Below are positions 18,269 through 20,498 of a DNA stretch of 20,498 bases, one piece after another. The stretch's first letter is position 1. The number at the start of each line of letters is the position of its first letter. Source of the stretch: Promethearchaeota archaeon (lineage in GTDB: Archaea; Asgardarchaeota; Lokiarchaeia; Sigyniarchaeales; SOKP01); NCBI GenBank assembly GCA_018238625.1, contig JABCSY010000072.1, positions 1 through 20,498 on the forward strand, in the 5' to 3' direction. A program made the translations under genes and the position numbers. Under the pieces are notes generated by a model, which was not told the origin of the DNA, did no database searches, and was given only the letters and a program-made list of their open reading frames with translations.

Positions 18269-19486
18269 ATGAAAGGAATTAAGTTTTTTTTCAATTACAG
18301 TTCAAGAGGACCATCAATTGAGGAAGCATCTACCGATTTTATGTCTATAGATATTATCCAAAAAGTCAGAACTTTTCATAAAAAGTTCTCTCAATATCAA
18401 CCGACGCCACTTCGTTCGTTAAATCGTTTAGCCAATGAATTACATGTAGATAAAATTTGGGTAAAAGACGAATCCTATAGGTTTGGATTGAATGCGTTCA
18501 AAGTTTTAGGAGGATCGTACGCAATTGGTTTCTATCTTAGTCTTAAATTGGGTATTGATATTAGCGAACTATCATTTGACGACTTAAAATCGCCCGAATA
18601 TAAAAAGAAAATTGGAGAATTAACATTTGTAACGGCCACGGATGGAAACCACGGGCGAGGTGTTGCGTGGGCTGCTAGAGAACTTGACCAAAAAGCCATT
18701 ATATTTATGCCTAAAGGCTCGTCCAAGTTCCGCGTTGATAATATTAAAAAGGAAAACGCTAAAGTTGTCGTTACGGACGAATATTACGATGAGACGGTAA
18801 AAATAGCTGCGAACTTTGCAATTGAAAATAATGGCGTTTTAATTCAAGATACTGCTTGGGAAGGATACACCGAAATTCCAACTTGGATAATGCAAGGTTA
18901 TGCTACTCTAATTGACGAGGTTTTTGAACAGCTAAAAATTGAGGGAAGTTCCACGCCTACTCATGTATTCCTACAAGCAGGGGTTGGTTCTTTAGCTGCA
19001 GGTATTCAAGGATATCTTATGACTAAAGTAGGAAAAGAAAGACCTATAACTGTTGTAATCGAACCGCATAACGCTGCGTGTTTGTATAAATCAGCGAAGA
19101 TAGGTGATAATAATCCTCATTCAGTTAAAGGAAAATTATCAACGATCATGGCCGGACTTGCTTGTGGCAAACCTAGCATAATTGCCTGGGATGTTTTAAG
19201 AGATTACTCCGATGTCTTTATTTCATGCTCAGACGATATTGCCGCTAAAGGCATGAGAATTTATGGTAATCCGCTACCAAGCGACCCTCAAATAATTTCA
19301 GGAGAATCAGGAGCAGTAAGTTTAGGTATATTGGTTGAAATACTTCAAAATAACAGTTACGGTGATCTAAAATCGAAAATGAATTTATCTAGCGAAGCTA
19401 GAATTCTACTTATTAGTACCGAAGGAGATACAGATCCAGATCATTATAGAAAAGTTGTGTGGGATGGAAAAGATCCTTCATTATAG
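18269..19486 (+). CDS. dpaL: Diaminopropionate ammonia-lyase (PLP-dependent, fold type II)
   Basis: VKDESYRFGLNAFKVLGGSYA (PLP lysine), TATDGNHGRGVAW, QDTAWEGY, QAGVGS, TIMAGLACG, SGESGA and STEGDTDP. Confidence 0.93.
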   Translation: MKGIKFFFNYSSRGPSIEEASTDFMSIDIIQKVRTFHKKFSQYQPTPLRSLNRLANELHVDKIWVKDESYRFGLNAFKVLGGSYAIGFYLSLKLGIDISELSFDDLKSPEYKKKIGELTFVTATDGNHGRGVAWAARELDQKAIIFMPKGSSKFRVDNIKKENAKVVVTDEYYDETVKIAANFAIENNGVLIQDTAWEGYTEIPTWIMQGYATLIDEVFEQLKIEGSSTPTHVFLQAGVGSLAAGIQGYLMTKVGKERPITVVIEPHNAACLYKSAKIGDNNPHSVKGKLSTIMAGLACGKPSIIAWDVLRDYSDVFISCSDDIAAKGMRIYGNPLPSDPQIISGESGAVSLGILVEILQNNSYGDLKSKMNLSSEARILLISTEGDTDPDHYRKVVWDGKDPSL

Positions 19487-19501
19487 AGAGGAACATCTCT
19501 T

Positions 19502-20356
19502 TTATGAATTAATTGTTTTTAAGTAAGAATCGTAAGCTTTTTCCCATTTATCCGTCTCTTTGGGAGAATATTCCTTTATAACAAAAGACTCTCTTACGAT
19601 TGTTCTTAACTCGGAAACATTGTTAATTTTACCTAGTGCTAAAGCCTGAACTAAAATATTTCCAATAGCTGCTGCTTCTATTGGCCCAACTTTTACCGTA
19701 AGGTTTAAAGCGTTAGCAGTAAACTGGTCTAAGATTAAATTTTGGCTTCCTCCACCTATGATATATAGTATTTTAGTTTCGTTTTGTAAAATGTCTTCTA
19801 AATTGTTTATTGCTTGCTTATACCTTAACGCTAGGCTTTCAAATATAACTCTAGAAATTTCTCCAACAGTTTCTGGGCGCTTATTATATTTCTTTTCGCA
19901 GTATTGCTGTATTGCAATAATCATATTAGGCGGATTAATAAAAGTTGGGTCGTCTGGATTAATAAAAAATTGAAAAGACGGAGCATCCTTGGTTTGCGCT
20001 TCAATGTCGTTCCAATTAAGGTTTAAGTTTTCTTTATCCCATATATTTTTACACTCCTGGATTAGCCACAACCCCGTAAGGTTTTTTAAAAATCTAATAG
20101 TGCCGCCAATGCCTCCTTCATTAGTAAAGTTGTACTTAAAAGCTTTCTCGTTAATTATTGGTTTTTCTAATTCAACACCCAACAGACTCCATGTTCCGGA
20201 GCTAAGATACGCCCATTCTCCCCTTTTATATCTCTCCATATCGACAGGAACTGCTGCTATAGCCGCACCAGTGTCATGACATAAAGGCGCTATAATTTTA
20301 GTATTTTCATCCAATTCAACTTCTTCAGCTATAAAACTCTGAAGCTTTCCAAGAAT
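19502..20356 (-). CDS. rhaB: Rhamnulokinase / FGGY carbohydrate kinase, C-terminal half only
   Basis: CHDTGAA, AYLSSGTWSLLG, FTNEGG, RFLKNLTGLWLIQEC, ESLALRY, IIGGGSQN and GPIEAAAIGN. The N-terminal half is absent and replaced by unrelated sequence above ~20357. Confidence 0.85.
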   Translation of the reverse strand: MLGKLQSFIAEEVELDENTKIIAPLCHDTGAAIAAVPVDMERYKRGEWAYLSSGTWSLLGVELEKPIINEKAFKYNFTNEGGIGGTIRFLKNLTGLWLIQECKNIWDKENLNLNWNDIEAQTKDAPSFQFFINPDDPTFINPPNMIIAIQQYCEKKYNKRPETVGEISRVIFESLALRYKQAINNLEDILQNETKILYIIGGGSQNLILDQFTANALNLTVKVGPIEAAAIGNILVQALALGKINNVSELRTIVRESFVIKEYSPKETDKWEKAYDSYLKTINS

Positions 20357-20497
20357 GTCATCGAGAATCTCTTTGTCCTTTGGAATGGTGAATACGTTTT
20401 CCAGGTCTGTTCCCGGCAGCCACCCGGGACCATGGGGGGTTGAACCTGTTGCAAGAACCAGCTTGTCAAACGCGATCTCTTCGCCGTCCGCGGTCCG
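20357..20497 (-). other. GC-rich fragment of an FAD-dependent pyridine nucleotide-disulfide oxidoreductase (NADH oxidase-like), joined in frame to rhaB
   Basis: Translates as RTADGEEIAFDKLVLATGSTPHGPGWLPGTDLENVFTIPKDKEILDD; DKLVLATGS is diagnostic. GC content and codon usage differ visibly from the rest of the window. Confidence 0.75.
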
Positions 20498-20498
20498 G

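Overview
AT-rich archaeal genomic window, most consistent with an Asgard archaeon (Lokiarchaeia-like). This is inferred from TATA/BRE promoters, an intron-containing tRNA, an Sm-like protein and a longin-like gene. It holds metabolic genes (tungsten aldehyde:ferredoxin oxidoreductase with a MoaD-like partner, dihydrolipoamide dehydrogenase, glycerate kinase, diaminopropionate ammonia-lyase, Fe-S/redox proteins, a rhamnulokinase fragment), a tRNA-Arg(CCT) split by two non-canonical ~30-nt introns, and an ArsR regulator with a tandem palindromic operator. The main candidate system is at ~10.5-15.3 kb: a signal-peptide-less protein with a mu-homology-domain-like (adaptin mu/delta-COP) region plus Ig-like domains, a BBS2/BBS7-like FG-GAP beta-propeller with two winged-helix-like repeats, and a convergent longin-like gene. 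Together these could be a primordial adaptor/coat-like membrane-trafficking module. The last ~140 bp are GC-rich and apparently foreign (probable assembly chimera). All family calls come from motif recognition by eye; no searches were run.
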